In this document: positions 27,506 through 40,524 of the stretch, in pieces | How the letters are laid out: every line of letters begins with the position of its first letter | Numbering within the stretch: the first letter of the stretch is position 1 | Source: Eledone cirrhosa | Taxonomy: Eukaryota | Length of the DNA: 64,000 nt | NCBI GenBank assembly: GCA_964016885.1 | Contig: OZ024749.1 | Coordinates: forward strand, 10,292,001-10,356,000 | Direction: 5' to 3' | Notes under the pieces: model-generated | Databases searched by the model: none | What the model was told of the DNA's origin: nothing | The model's input: only the letters and a program-made list of their open reading frames with translations | Made by a program: the position numbers and the translations under genes

Positions 27506-28568
27506 AGTATAGTAGTATTCAGTCTCCATTAGTGTTATCAATTATTTTGATTATCATCATCATCATCATTTTATGTCCGCTTTTCCCTGCTTGCAAGGGA
27601 TGGACGGGTCCTATTCAGCACAGCATCTCTCCACTTGCCATGGTTCTTCGTCATATAACAAGAAAGTGAAGCTACTTACAGCAGTGTTTTACTCAACAGT
27701 GGAATTCTTTTTTCCTTTAAATCTTGCCACCTTCTATATACCTCAATATGTGAATAAGTTTTTATTCCACTTTGAAAATTTGTTGAGTCTACATATGATT
27801 TTTTTAAGTAGTTGGATTTGTTTTAATTTGATTGAAATAATCAAATATTAGCGATCCTATGCTGATATGTAACACATACAATGAAACACATGTCAGTGTT
27901 ATGCAATAAATGATGTTCCCACTCTTTTGGAATGTGGTGCTTTAAATAATAATTTTGTAAATCTCTCTCTCTCTCTCTGGGATAACAAGTTATCATTATA
28001 GGTAATCCAGTTAGAGGTTGTGAATACTCCGTATTGTGGATAGGTTTAGCGTACGCCGTTGTTTGACTCAACAAGAGGTTTCCGTAGGTTTCCTTCAAGT
28101 GATTAGCAATTTTAAGACAACTTAATCAATGAAACAATTGTTAATACTGTAAATAAAACCCTTCTTGTACTGTTGACCATGTTATTCTTCACTCTTTCAC
28201 TATATATATATATATATATATATATTCAAGTAAGAATATTTTCGAAACGGTGAGCTGGTTTGAAATTATTAGAAATGTCAGCTATCGCCGTATTTTGACT
28301 GAAGACATTAAAGAAATTATTTAGCCTGATAGTGGGGTTAAGAACCCTCGGAGAAATGTACGTCAATACTCATCATTTTCCATTTCTCCGAGGGTTCTTA
28401 ACCCCACTATCAGGCTAAATAATTTCTTTAATTTCTTTAGACCAAAAACGGCGATAGCTTACATTTATAATATATTAATATATATATATATATTGTTATA
28501 CTTTGGGAGGGTCATGTTAGAAATAAAAACACACGCACCTGTTGGTTTTCACTTCAATATTTTATATT

Positions 28569-28610
28569 GTCAAAGCTCTTTCAACATGCATTCTGTGACC
28601 TCCTCAGTGA
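28569..28610 (-). ncRNA. Degenerate minimal hammerhead (same family as 36820-36862)
   Basis: Minus: TCA-CTGAGGA-GGTCACAGAATGCATGTT-GAAA-GAGC-TT-TGAC. Confidence 0.5.
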
Positions 28611-28713
28611 TTGTTTTTATTTTACCGTGTGGAACTAGATGGCTCTGTTAGGAGGAGGAACAGGCCAGTTGTCCGTGCTGAACCTATCTCACAGCAGTAC
28701 CATAGTTTCAGAC

Positions 28714-28748
<35 letters not shown>

Positions 28749-28860
28749 TTATTCCGGGTTGAACGGAGGTAACCACAGTAAGTAACTAAGGTATTCAATA
28801 CATAGCAGAGTATAAAAGTTTTAATATAGAAGAGCTTCTACAGGACTAGAACTGTTTCAT

Positions 28861-31800
28861 CATCATCATCATTTTACGTCCGCTTTTCCCTGCTTGCAAG
28901 GGTGGGACGGGTCTTATTCAGCACAGTATCTCTCCACTCGTCACGGTCCTTCGTCATCTCCACCATGAGCTTCAATGATCTGAGGTTTGTTCTCACCACC
29001 TCCGCCCATGTTTTTCGTGGTCTACCTCTACCACGTCTTCCTTCAACTGGCATTTCCTGGCACTTCTTTACCCATCGGTCATCTTCCATGCGCATCACAT
29101 GTCCATACCACCTCAGTCTCCTCTCCCGTACACTACATTCTATCCCTCTCAGACACAGTTTCTCTCTCAACACATTTATGCTGGGTCATTCACGCACATT
29201 TACACTGCACATCCAACGGAGCATGCTTGCCTCATTTCTCTCCAGCCGTCGCATATCCTCTGCAGTTGCTGCCCATGTCTCACTACCATGCATCATCGCG
29301 CTCCTCACACAGGCATCATACAACCGGCCTTTCGTGCGCAGGGAGAAACCCTTCTTCGTCAGCAAAGGTAGCAGCTCCCTAAACTTCTTCCAACCCGTTC
29401 TTATTCTAGATACTATGGCCTCAGAACACCCTCCTCCCATGCTAATCTGATCTCCTAGGTACCGGAAGCTATCCACCACTTCTATAGCGCCCTCCTGCAT
29501 TTGAAAAATGTGTCTATCAATGTGACTTCTACTACTGTCTAATTTCCCTGTACATCTACTGCATACATATTTCTCCCTACCTGTTAGTTTGCCTGCTATC
29601 CCGCTACATCTCTTGTGTACCCAGGATCTGCATTGTGTGCATTTTATAGAATTTATGGTAGTTCCTTTTCTGCATATCGAACATGACCATTTCCCTGGCG
29701 GAATCATAGTTTTGTCCTCTTTTCTACTCATCAACACTTTTGTTTTAGCTATGTTCACTCTCAGTCCTCTTGCTTCCAACTGCTATTTCCATAGCCAGAA
29801 TTTATTCTCTAGCTCCTCTACTGATTCTGCTATAAGAACCAGATCGTCAGCATAGAGAAGTTCCGATGGACAGCCAGTCTTAAACTCCTCTGTTATGGCT
29901 TGGAGGACTATAATGAACAAGAGCGGGCTGAGGACCGAACCTTGATGTACTCCTACTTGTATCTGGAATTACTCACTAAACTCCATTCCTACCCTGACTT
30001 TACTGAGAGTACCTCTGTACAAAGTTTGCACTGACCTCACAAGCCATTCCTCAACACCTAGCTTCCTTAGGGACCACCAAATGACAGATCGGGTACCCTA
30101 TCAAAAGCCTTCTCTAGGTCAACAAAGGCTAAGTATAGTGGCTTATTTTTCTCTAAGAACATCTCTTGCAATTGTCTCACCAAGAAGAGGGCATCTGTTG
30201 TACTCTTCCCAGACACAAAACCAAACTGCATCTCATCTAGTTTGACCCTTTCTCTAATTAGTTGTGCTAATATCCTTTCTGCCACTTTCATAACCTGATC
30301 CATCATTTTTATACCCCTATAATTGCTCCTCTCCAGAGCATCCCCTTTACCTTTGTAGCAATTTATGAGAATGCTGCACCAGTCTTTGGGTATGACACCA
30401 CCATATATAGCCTGATTGATGATGTGTGCAACCAGTTTAGTGCCTTCAGCATCTCAGCAACTATTCCCAATGGTCCAGCAGCCTTACCATTTTTCATTTC
30501 CTTAATCGCCTCTTGGACCCTATATTCGTCAATCTCAATAGCTGGTCCCTCTGTCGGATCTACTAAGGGTAATTTCTCTCTCTCCCATTCGTTCTCCACA
30601 TTCATCAGTCTCTCATAATGACATTTCCAGGCCTCCTTTTTCTGATCATTCGTGACACTAAGTACACCGGCATCATCCCGGACACATTTATCTCCAACAA
30701 CATCCTGATTTGCATTGACACACTGCCTTGCAATGTGGAACACCGCACACCTCTGATCTTCCCGTCGCAGAACATTGGCAAACCTCCTACTCTCCGCCTC
30801 CCTGCGTGCTAAGTACACCTGACGTCTAGCTTCTCTCTTAGTGGCTGTATATTCTTCCCTACTCCCACTCTTTTTCCAAGCCTTCCATGCTACTATTTTG
30901 TCTCTAATGGCCTTATCTACTGTACTGTTCCACCACCAGGTCACTCTCTGTCTGGTTGGAGCTCTGCTCCAGCCACAAGTTTCATCAGTAGCCTGCAGCA
31001 AGTTGTCACGTAAGAAATTCCAGTTATTAGCTATGTCATACGTCTCTAAATCGTCTTCTTTTTCGTCATATACATCTTTGTATTTTAATGAAAGGTCTTT
31101 TAGCTTCCAGACCTTTCTTCTCCACACCTTCCTGTATGTCTCATTCCATCTCTTGCTTACTGAGATATCACTAACGACTAACCTATGCTGTGGAGTACAT
31201 TCTTCCCCAGGGTATGCCTTGGTATTAGACACTATCTGCCTGTTCCGCTGCCTAACTAGTAAGAAGTCAATCTGGCTTATGTGCTCACCAGATTTGTAGG
31301 TTATTAGGTGATTGGCAGGTTTCTGGAAGTTTGTGTTGCAAATAGTCAATGTACTTGCATCACAAAATTGAAGAAGTCTCACTCCTTCATTTCTTGAGCC
31401 GTAACTAACCGTGCCCACCATGTACCCCAGTGTAACCATCCTGGAGCTGTCCAACATGACCATTGAAGTCTCCTGCTAGCATAACGATGTCTCCATCCTC
31501 TGTCATTGCGGTTGTTTGTAAAAGTTGCTCGTAAAAGCAGTCTTTCTCATCTTTGCCTAGGCCTGCTTGGGGAGCATAGGCAGAGATGATTGTCAGTAGT
31601 CTCCTGCCTACAACTAATCTAAGCTTAATTATTCGATTACTAACTCGAACTACCTCTATTGTCTTATTGATCCATTTCTCAGCCAGGAAAATGCCTACTC
31701 CCCCTAACCCATCATCCTTACCTACCCAGAATAGCTTATAGCTAAGATGTTTGCCTATGACTAGTCTCGCAGAGGCACCTCTCCATCTCACCTCTTGCAC

Positions 31801-32050
31801 GCAGCACACATCCACATGCCTTCTCTCCAGCATCTCCGCTATTTCAGCAGATCTACCTCTGAGAGTGCCAACATTAAGTGTTGCAACTCTGAGATGCGAC
31901 GTCTTCATATTTTGTTGTTGTTCCTATTTGTTGCTGTGCTGATAAGCGTTTTGGCATTGATACACTGGTTGGATGCCCTTCCTAACACCAGCGCCACTTT
32001 ACAGCATGGACTGGGTGCTTTTATTTGTGCCACCAGCACTAGAGAGGATG
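28861..32050 (-). mobile_element. Near-full-length RTE-clade LINE (APE + RT, several frameshifts) in LTO1 intron 3
   Basis: ORF pieces 31405-31908 (ATLNVGTL..CVQEVRW..AYAPQ..GDFNGH), 30363-31463 (QIDF..QH, WWWN), 30067-30306 (QFGF..FVDLEKAFD), LYADDL near 29850, 29186-29779 and 28874-29173 (GRRGRGRPRKTW); 3' (ATG)n tail. Confidence 0.93.
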
Positions 32051-33262
32051 TCTTACTAGACTCAAGGGCCCTCTCTACCCCTCCATTTTACAGCATGGTC
32101 ATAAAAAACCCCCAAAAAAACCACTTATTGACACAACACACACACACACTCACACACCAACACTCATGCATACAAACCACAAACACACACGCCACTCACA
32201 TACCAACACTCATTCATGCATACAAATACACACACCACTCACAAACACATCATCATCATCATTTCATTTCATTTTACGTCCACTTTTCCCTGCTTGCAAG
32301 GGTGGGACGGGAACTGATTCTGGCTTGATTTCTACAGCTGGATGCCCTTCCTAACACCAACCTCATTTACAGTGAGTGCTGGGTGCTTTTTTGCCGTGGC
32401 ACCACCACGAATGATAGGGATCCCAGTCCCTATCATCTCATTTCTACAGCTGAGTAAACTGGAGCAACGTGAAATAAAGTGTCTTGCTCAAGGAAACAAC
32501 ACATCACCCGGTCTGAGAATTGAACTCACAACCTTTCGATTGCAAAGCCAATGCTCTAACCACTAAGCCATGTGCCTCCATATATATATATATTACCGCC
32601 AGTACTGATACAAAATCAAAATCAAAATCATGTCAACTGTTGACCTTTCCCAGTCCAGTTCAGTTTTTATATAATAATAATAATAATTGTTTGCTTTACA
32701 CTGGTAATGGTGGTGGTGGTGGTGGTGGATGGTGTCAGTATGGTGATGGTGGTGGTGGTGGATGGTCAGTGATGGTGGTGGCAGTTGTTGTTGCTGTAGT
32801 TGTTATTGTAGTTGCTGTTGTTGTTGCTGTTGTTGTTGTTGCTGCTGCTGCCGTTGTTGTTCTTCATTTCACTGATGCTGCAGACAATGGTGTTGATGCT
32901 GTTATTGTAGTCGCATATATATAAATACATACATACACACACATTCAACACAGACAATGGTGTTGTTGCTGTTGTTGTTGTTGTTGTTTCATTCATGAGA
33001 AATCATCAGGGAGCCCCTGATGATTTCTCAACGAATGAAACAGTTCTAGTCCTGTAGAAGCTCTTCTATATTAAAACTATATATATATATATATATATCA
33101 TCACCATCATTTGAACATTTGCTTTTCCTGCTAGCAAGGTTTGGACAAGTGTACATAGAGCAAGTCAGTACTGAAGCCAGGGATCTGTCGTCTTGCTTAT
33201 AAATCATAGAAACATAAATGGCATATTGTTATGGTTGGTGGTCATTTCCTTTCTATTTTCAG

Positions 33263-33374
33263 GACATACAAAGCATTAACTTCTTTACAAGACCTCCTTG
33301 GTAAATATCCAGTAGACAGTATAGGCAGTACATATGTCACAGACCTGAAAATGATTCAAGCAAAATTTAAAAAG
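33263..33374 (+). CDS. LTO1: LTO1 exon 4
   Basis: ttttcag| (R)TYKALTSLQDLLGKYPVDSIGSTYVTDLKMIQAKFKK |gtttgt; matches L..L...I..FP....L..IRAKFKQ. Confidence 0.9.
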
Positions 33375-33434
33375 GTTTGTTTTATCTTCTTAGGGCAGAG
33401 TTTTTACTGTCAATTCCTGAAGAATCATAAATGA

Positions 33435-33482
<48 letters not shown>

Positions 33483-33873
33483 AGTACAGATTAAAGTTTA
33501 AGCAAAGAATTTCTGCTTTCACCCTATTACGGGATCTTCAGAAGATCCTGTAATAGGGTGAAAGCAGAGATTCTTTGCTTAAACTTTAATCTGTACTAAT
33601 AGTTGTTTCTACTTTTGGCACAAGGCCAGCAATTATCCCGGTGCATTACAACCCCGTAAGGATGAAAGGCAAAGTTAACCTCGGCGGGATTTGAACTCAG
33701 AGCGTAAAGGGGCGTAACTCTATGCTACAACGCATAGCGTCCGACCCTCTACCGATACTGCCAATCCACTAATAATACTATTTAGTTCTATGAGTATATA
33801 TATACTTTTATATATATATATATATACAATCCTTATCGAGCTCTCTTCGAATTTTAGTTTTTGTAATTATTAT

Positions 33874-33918
<45 letters not shown>

Positions 33919-33937
33919 CTATACCATACTAATTCAA

Positions 33938-33992
33938 ACTGCCTGAAGAGGTCACAGCCAAAGATGGCTGTCACTGAAATATATATAGCAGT
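33938..33992 (+). ncRNA. Minimal hammerhead, solo, sense to LTO1 intron 4
   Basis: ACTGC-CTGAAGA-GGTCACAGCCA(AAGA)TGGCTGTCACT-GAAA-T(ATAT)A-TA-GCAGT, followed directly by AATAAA; flanked by (TA)n. Confidence 0.85.
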
Positions 33993-34864
33993 AATAAACG
34001 AAGCTAAATTTTAATCATTTGACTTTTATTTAACTTTATTTTTTATATATATATATATAGGACTGGGGTCCCTATCATTCCACTGCAAAGTGGACGTGTA
34101 GGCGCCACGGCAAAAAAAAAGCACCCGGCACTCACTGTAAATGGGGTTGGTGTTAGGAAGGGCATCCAGCTGTAGAAATCAAGCCAGAATCAGTTCCCGT
34201 ATGACCAAGACATGGTCAGCCGACTGGACACTGCCCACAACAGGACAACCCGTCTAAGCCATGCTAGCGTGGAAGAACGAATGTAAAATGGTGATGATGA
34301 TGATATATATACACATACACACACTTAATGGGTAAAGACCTTCTTCAGGCACAAATGACCATGTTTTGCACCTAGAAAGTACCTCTCTGGGGCACAAGTC
34401 TGGCCAAGGTGTTTTTGTAGAGCAGCAGTCATCCATATATACCAGTCACCCCTGTCCACACCACTGATGCTGTCCAAGGGAAAGGCAATGGTCAATACAC
34501 CAGTGACACCACAACTCATTTCTACAGCTGAGTGAACTGGAGCAACGTGAAATAAAGTGTCTTGCTCAAGGATACAACACGTTGCCCAGTCCTGGAATTG
34601 GTCTCACAACCTCACAATTGTTAAACCAACACTCTAACCACTAGGTCACACACCTTCACTATACATGTGTGTTTAGTCATGTGGCTTAGTAGTAAGGGGT
34701 GTCCCACTCACGATTGTAAGATGATAATTATGATTCTTGGCTCTGCATTGTGTCCTTGAGCAAGACACTTCATTTCTTGTTACTCCAGTCCACTCAGCTG
34801 GAAAAATTGAGTTGCATCTGTAATTCAAAAGGCCAGTATACTCCCAAGTGGTAGTGAAGATGGC

Positions 34865-35130
34865 ATGAAAACACACACCCAGTACACTCTGTAAAGTAGT
34901 AGTGGGGATGTCATGATAAAATACACCCAGTACACTCTGTAAAGTGGTAGTGGGTGTGTCATGAAAACACACACCCAGTACACTCTGTAAAGTGGTAGTG
35001 GGGTGTCATGAAAACACACCCAGTACACTCTGTAAAGTAGTAGTGGGGGGTGTCATGAAAACACACCCAGTACACTCTGTAAAGTGGTAATGGGGTGTCA
35101 TGGAAACACACCCAGTACACCCTATAAGGT
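34865..35130. repeat. ~48-bp minisatellite, ~5-6 copies
   Basis: CACCCAGTACACTCTGTAAAGTGGTAGTGGGGTGTCATGAAAACA. Confidence 0.9.
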
Positions 35131-35293
35131 GGTTGGCAATAGGCAAGGCATCCAAGCATAGAAACCATGCCAAATATAGGATGTAATGAACAAACTGAGG
35201 TTGCTTTGACCCATTTGGTCTCGATGCATGTCAACCCATGCCAACATAGAAGTCCAACATAAAATGATGATGATCTTTCTATTTTATTTTCAG

Positions 35294-35365
35294 GTTATAT
35301 CATTACTTGGTATAAACGTAAGGTGGAATAAGATGGCAACCAAAAAAGAAGATTTGTCTTTTTAG
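35294..35365 (+). CDS. LTO1: LTO1 exon 5 (last); spliced CDS 462 nt = 153 aa
   Basis: ttttcag| VISLLGINVRWNKMATKKEDLSF* (TAG 35363-35365). C-terminal LSF fits the [LIM]-[DES]-[WF] CIA-targeting motif known for LTO1. Confidence 0.9.
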   Translation, partial: VISLLGINVRWNKMATKKEDLSF

Positions 35366-36159
35366 CGACGTTCCTGTCCTGTTATAAGACCATGAGAGAA
35401 AGAAATACAGAAACGGTTATAAGGATGTCTGCCATTTGGTGGCTGAACTGTGGAAACCTATGTCTAAAGATATCTATGTCTAAAGATCTGCCACCTGGTG
35501 GCTGAACTGTGGAAACCTATGTCTAAAGTATGTGAAGGGACCTTTAAGAAAGTTTACATCTGAATTTTATGAGATAAGAAATTACCATTATTTCAATGCA
35601 CTGAGGTTGATTTAATCGACTTTCCCTTCTCAAATTGTTGGCCTTTTGCCTAAATCAGAAACCATTATCATATACTGATTTATTCTGATGAGTGTCACAA
35701 TCTTGGTTCTTATTGTTGGAACTTTACAGCCACATTCCCCTCCTTCAGGTGACTGCCATGTTTGATATATGTATGTATGTATATATGCCATCTTTGGTGT
35801 GTGTGTTTGCGAGTTTGTTACATATGTTAGGCCTCAGAGAATTAAACACACACATCTACACACACAGATACATATGTGATGACAGACAGACAGGTGTGCG
35901 TGAATGTATGTCTGTGTGTGTCTGTCTTAGTATGTGTATGTGTGTGAGCAACAATTTATTCATTTGGACACAAAAAAAATGACACAATGAATATTGTTTA
36001 CCCTAAGGTGCTTCAAGATTGGCAGTTTCATTTCTAAATTCTATTATCATTACAATTTTGATATTTTTTTTATAAAATATAGATATTTTGAAATAATTAG
36101 GAGAAAAAAAAACATATCTTCATATTTATTGTTTACTAATCTGAATAAGAACAGCAGTA

Positions 36160-36188
36160 ACTTGGGCAACGCCGAGTCATTCAGCTAG
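36160..36188 (+). mobile_element. Helitron-type 3' terminus
   Basis: Hairpin ACTTGG-GCAACG-CCGAGT followed a few nt later by CTAG|T. Confidence 0.5.
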
Positions 36189-36220
<32 letters not shown>

Positions 36221-36819
36221 CATGTGTTTGTCTTTGTTGTTACTTTGTTGGCAGCTATTTACATGTATGTGTGTCATTCATGTTTTTTATAAATAACTTC
36301 CATACATTTGCCAAGAAATGTTTGCTATACAGGTCCTCCTCAATGGTCTCCCTCCCTACTTCTCCCTCTCTTCCCCCTCTCTCTACCCCCTATATCTCCC
36401 TCTCTTCCCCCCACCCCCACCCCCACTCATTAAAGTTAGTGTTTCGATAAAGTAAATATTCTTAATCAAGCCTCTGCTAGCATGCAAAAAATTGATGTAA
36501 AAATGATGATTATTTATATATATAGATAGAAACCTACCTAGTCAAAAACAGTTCTATATGACCAAGACACCATCACCTGATCCAACTTGTCACTAGTGGG
36601 ACAAGCTGTCTAACCCATGCTAGCGTGGAAAATGGACATTAAACAATGGTGATATATATATATTGTTATACTTTGGGAGGGCCATGTTGCCAATAAGAAA
36701 CATACACACCAGTTGCTTTCACTCCAATTTATTATAAATTTTATAAATTTTATAAATATATATTTTATAAATTTCTGGTTGGTTGGTTGGTTCCACAACC
36801 GGATGGTTGTTTATATATT

Positions 36820-36862
36820 GTCAAAGTTCTTTCGTCACATATTCTGTGACCTCTTCAGTGAC
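36820..36862 (-). ncRNA. Minimal hammerhead inside fold-back element 36660-37115
   Basis: Minus: GTCA-CTGAAGA-GGTCACAGAATATGTGAC-GAAA-GAAC-TT-TGAC. Confidence 0.7.
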
Positions 36863-37111
36863 TGGGGGATTCTTTTCTTTGTTTTGTGCCTCTCCTTTGT
36901 TCTGTCCTACGCCATCTTGTTTTTCTTGGAACCAAACAACCGGAAATTTATAAAATTTATATTTATAAAATTTATAAAATTTATAATAAATTGAAGTGAA
37001 ATCAACTGGTGCGTGAGTTTCTCATTGGCAACATGACCCTCCCAAAGTATAACAATATCGGTTTCAACACACGTTTTCAGATAAAGAATCTTGCTAAACA
37101 AATTCAGAAAC

Positions 37112-37166
<55 letters not shown>

Positions 37167-37668
37167 TTTGTATATATATGTATATATACATATATGTATG
37201 TATCCATTTAGCATCTGTTATCTTTGCTGGGTTGGATGAGATGCAAGCCCCTAGCCTATTGGTGTACTCACTAGAGTGTAGGAATGTCTGTAAACAAGAT
37301 GCAGTCCTTCAGAACATCTGAGAGGTCAGTCACTCTGTTTGAGTACTGAATCAGTCTATGACAACCCATCTAATCTAGCTGGGAAAGTAGATTCTATTTC
37401 TATACTTTGTGGGTTACCACTGATTAGGCAACTCTACTTTAGTATTCAGCTCTTCTCGTGATTGAAAACCAAGTTATATATATATATATATATATATGAA
37501 ATATTCAGGATCCCGACAGCTGAGCTTCTGAAGTTTGGATCTAGCTGTTGAAATGTCAGGAGCTCAGCTGTCGGGATCCCAAATACTTCATGTTATCCAC
37601 TCTACTACCCCAGGTATCGAGTACTCTGGTGAGTAATGGTCTAACTGGTTTTTACTGCAGCCATTCTG

Positions 37669-37711
<43 letters not shown>

Positions 37712-37779
37712 CAAAATATACATATATGTGCTAGCATGGAAAATGGATGTCAAACAGTGATAATAATGATGATGATGAT

Positions 37780-37820
<41 letters not shown>

Positions 37821-38528
37821 AATATATACTTATATATATAATATATACATGTATATATAATATATACATGTATATATGTGTGTATGTATTATCTTAAGAG
37901 TCAATGGCCATCCAAAATCACCGGGAGAGATGACCCCTTAGCCTTTGTCAAGGCAGAATTCTAGGAGAAGGAAAACTCTGATATAACACCTGTAACTCTG
38001 ATGGTATCCAATGATGTTGACTTGTTCTTCTTTTTGGTAAATATCATCTTGGTTAAGAGAGTGGGACTGGCTTTGTGCAGTGCCTTTGCTCACTATAAAA
38101 GCTTCACGGCACAGGCATTGCTTTATATCTGGAGATCTCTCTGCACTTGTCGTCACATGGTACCATGGGCCCAGCACTATGTGTCAATAATTGTCACAGG
38201 TGTAGTGTTTGTACCAGAGTTTTCATGTCGCTGGCTGGACTAAAGGGTCACACTCGTTCAGCGCATCGGTAGGGGTTCTCCTACATGGATATAAAGTAGT
38301 GGCCGTACTCGAAAACGAGTTGGCAGCCACTATTATGTATTATCATCATCATCATCATTTCATTTTATGTCCGCTTTTCCCTGCTTGCAAGGGTGGGACA
38401 GGAACTGATTCTGGCTTGATTGCAACAGCTGGATGCCCTTCCTAACGCCAACCCCATTTACAGTGAGTGGTGGGTGCTTTTTTTCCATGGCGCCTACACG
38501 TCCACTTTACAGTGGAATGATAGGGACC

Positions 38529-38582
<54 letters not shown>

Positions 38583-38769
38583 TCATCATCATATGTTATA
38601 TAAAAATGACTTCTACAGGACAGGACTGGAAGTGTATGAAATCATCTGGTAAGTAAAATAAAATTGGTCAGGTTTGGTATTTGTTGATTTCTTTGGATTA
38701 GATAGGACCACCAGCTCAATTTCGATAGTAAACATCCAGTTCAGCTGATTAATCCCTACTAGACATCAG

Positions 38770-39510
38770 TAAATGGATACTCAATAAAATCCTGTTATTC
38801 AAAGGTCCTCAGCCTTTCCCCTCTGAAGTAAAACCTTGGAGATCATTGACTGCTTCCTACCAGCTAAATAAAATACCTACTTTTTACAGTTCACTATAGA
38901 GGAATACTATGGCTCCATCACTGAACCACTGGTTAAAAAAGCGCTGTTTTTCATATAAACATTTGTTTCCATATCAGAGACAAAGAAATCGAAGTCATTT
39001 TCCATGCACAAAAAAATCTTGCTATACCATGATAGATCTCATTGGATTAACAATTGATGTCAGCATGGGCACAAGAAATTCAGTGGAGATAAGTGACCTG
39101 GTTGGCCTGTACATGCTGAACAAACTAAAAATACTGTTCCCCTGTATCAGCGATGGTCTATATTGATATGATGGGCTATTCTCGCTGCACAAAGTGACCC
39201 CTCAAACTACTAACAGGTTCAGAAAAAACCTTCTTTTACAACCAATGTCTAAAAGTAAAAATATAAACTAATATAACTCGAGTACACTTCCTCGATATTA
39301 CCTTAGATTTAGCAAACTCTCTTTACAATCCTTACAACAAAACGAATGAGTCCTTAAAATATATTAACATCTACTCCAACCACCAGAGTAATATTTATCA
39401 AAAAAACCTATTTAGAAACGTATTCCTCAGGATTTCCAGCCTCTCAGCTAATAAGGACATTTTTAGAAAGTCAACCCACTACAATAACAATGGCCTAGCC
39501 TTGTAGCAGA
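38770..39510 (+). pseudogene. Degenerate Penelope-like element reverse transcriptase fragment
   Basis: DVSMGTRNSVEISDLVGLYMLNKL..GLY*YDGL..RVHFLDITLDL..YNPYNKTN..YINIYSNH matches the PLE RT/thumb pattern FDVTMG..AE..ELVGLY..GLYRDDGL..VNFLDVTL.L..Y.PY.KPN..SNHP; contains stops and frameshifts. Confidence 0.8.
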
Positions 39511-39824
39511 TTTAAACACTGTGGTCACTCCTTGGCTAGAGTAAGACCTCGACATTCAAACGTGACTGTGGTCAGTCCTTGGCTCGAATTGGACCTAAAC
39601 TTACAAATATAAGTGGTCAGTATACAAATGCCATAAACTTCACAACCTTCACTCAGGGACATCATACAATAGCTGGAGTTAGATCTGACTATGTCATGCA
39701 AATTTTTAAACTTTGCAGCTATATCCAACCCACAGGTATAGTTTGTCAATAACAAATCATGGAAATGAAAAATTCAAGATTTTGTAACTGTTACCATTCC
39801 AATGACTTGTCCATTTGAGAAGTT

Positions 39825-40110
39825 GTGTGTATATATGCAAATTTGGATGTATGTATGTGTGTATATATATGCAAGTTTGGATGTATGTGTGTATATATGC
39901 AAGTTTGGATGTGTGTGTGTATATATATGCAAGTTTGGATGTATGTATGTGTGTGTGCAAGTTTGGATGGATGGATGGATGTGTGTGTGTATATATGCAA
40001 GTTTGAATGTATGTGTGTGTGTATATGCAAGTTTGGATGTATGTGTGTGTGTGTATGTAAGTTTGGATGTATGTGTGTGTGTGTATGTAAGTTTGGATGG
40101 ATGTATATAA
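39825..40110. repeat. Minisatellite GCAAGTTTGGAT(GT)n; a second tandem (cccttactgttagtgttatatacaccagcttctacaatg) lies at ~40230-40502
   Basis: Direct tandem repetition. Confidence 0.9.
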
Positions 40111-40524
40111 GTATGTTTGCCTTAACTGTTGTTGCTATAAACATCAGCTTCTACATTTGAGAAGTGTGTGTTGTGTGTGCTTACTGTTCCTCAATCAAAG
40201 TGTGTGTATACGTGTGCATGTAAGTGTGTGCCTACTGTTAGTGTTATATACACCAGCTTCTACAATGAAGGTGTGTATATGTATTGTGTTGTGTAAGGGT
40301 ACCCTTACTGTTAGTGTTATATACACCAGCTTCTACAATGAAGGTGTGTATATGTATTGTGTTGTGTAAGGGTGCCCTTACTGTTAGTGTTATATACACC
40401 AGCTTCTACAATGATGGTGCCCTTACTGTTAGTGTTATATACACCAGCTTCTACAATGATGGTGCCCTTACTGTTAGTGTTATATACACCAGCTTCTACA
40501 ATTGCGATATGAGAGTGTTTAAGT

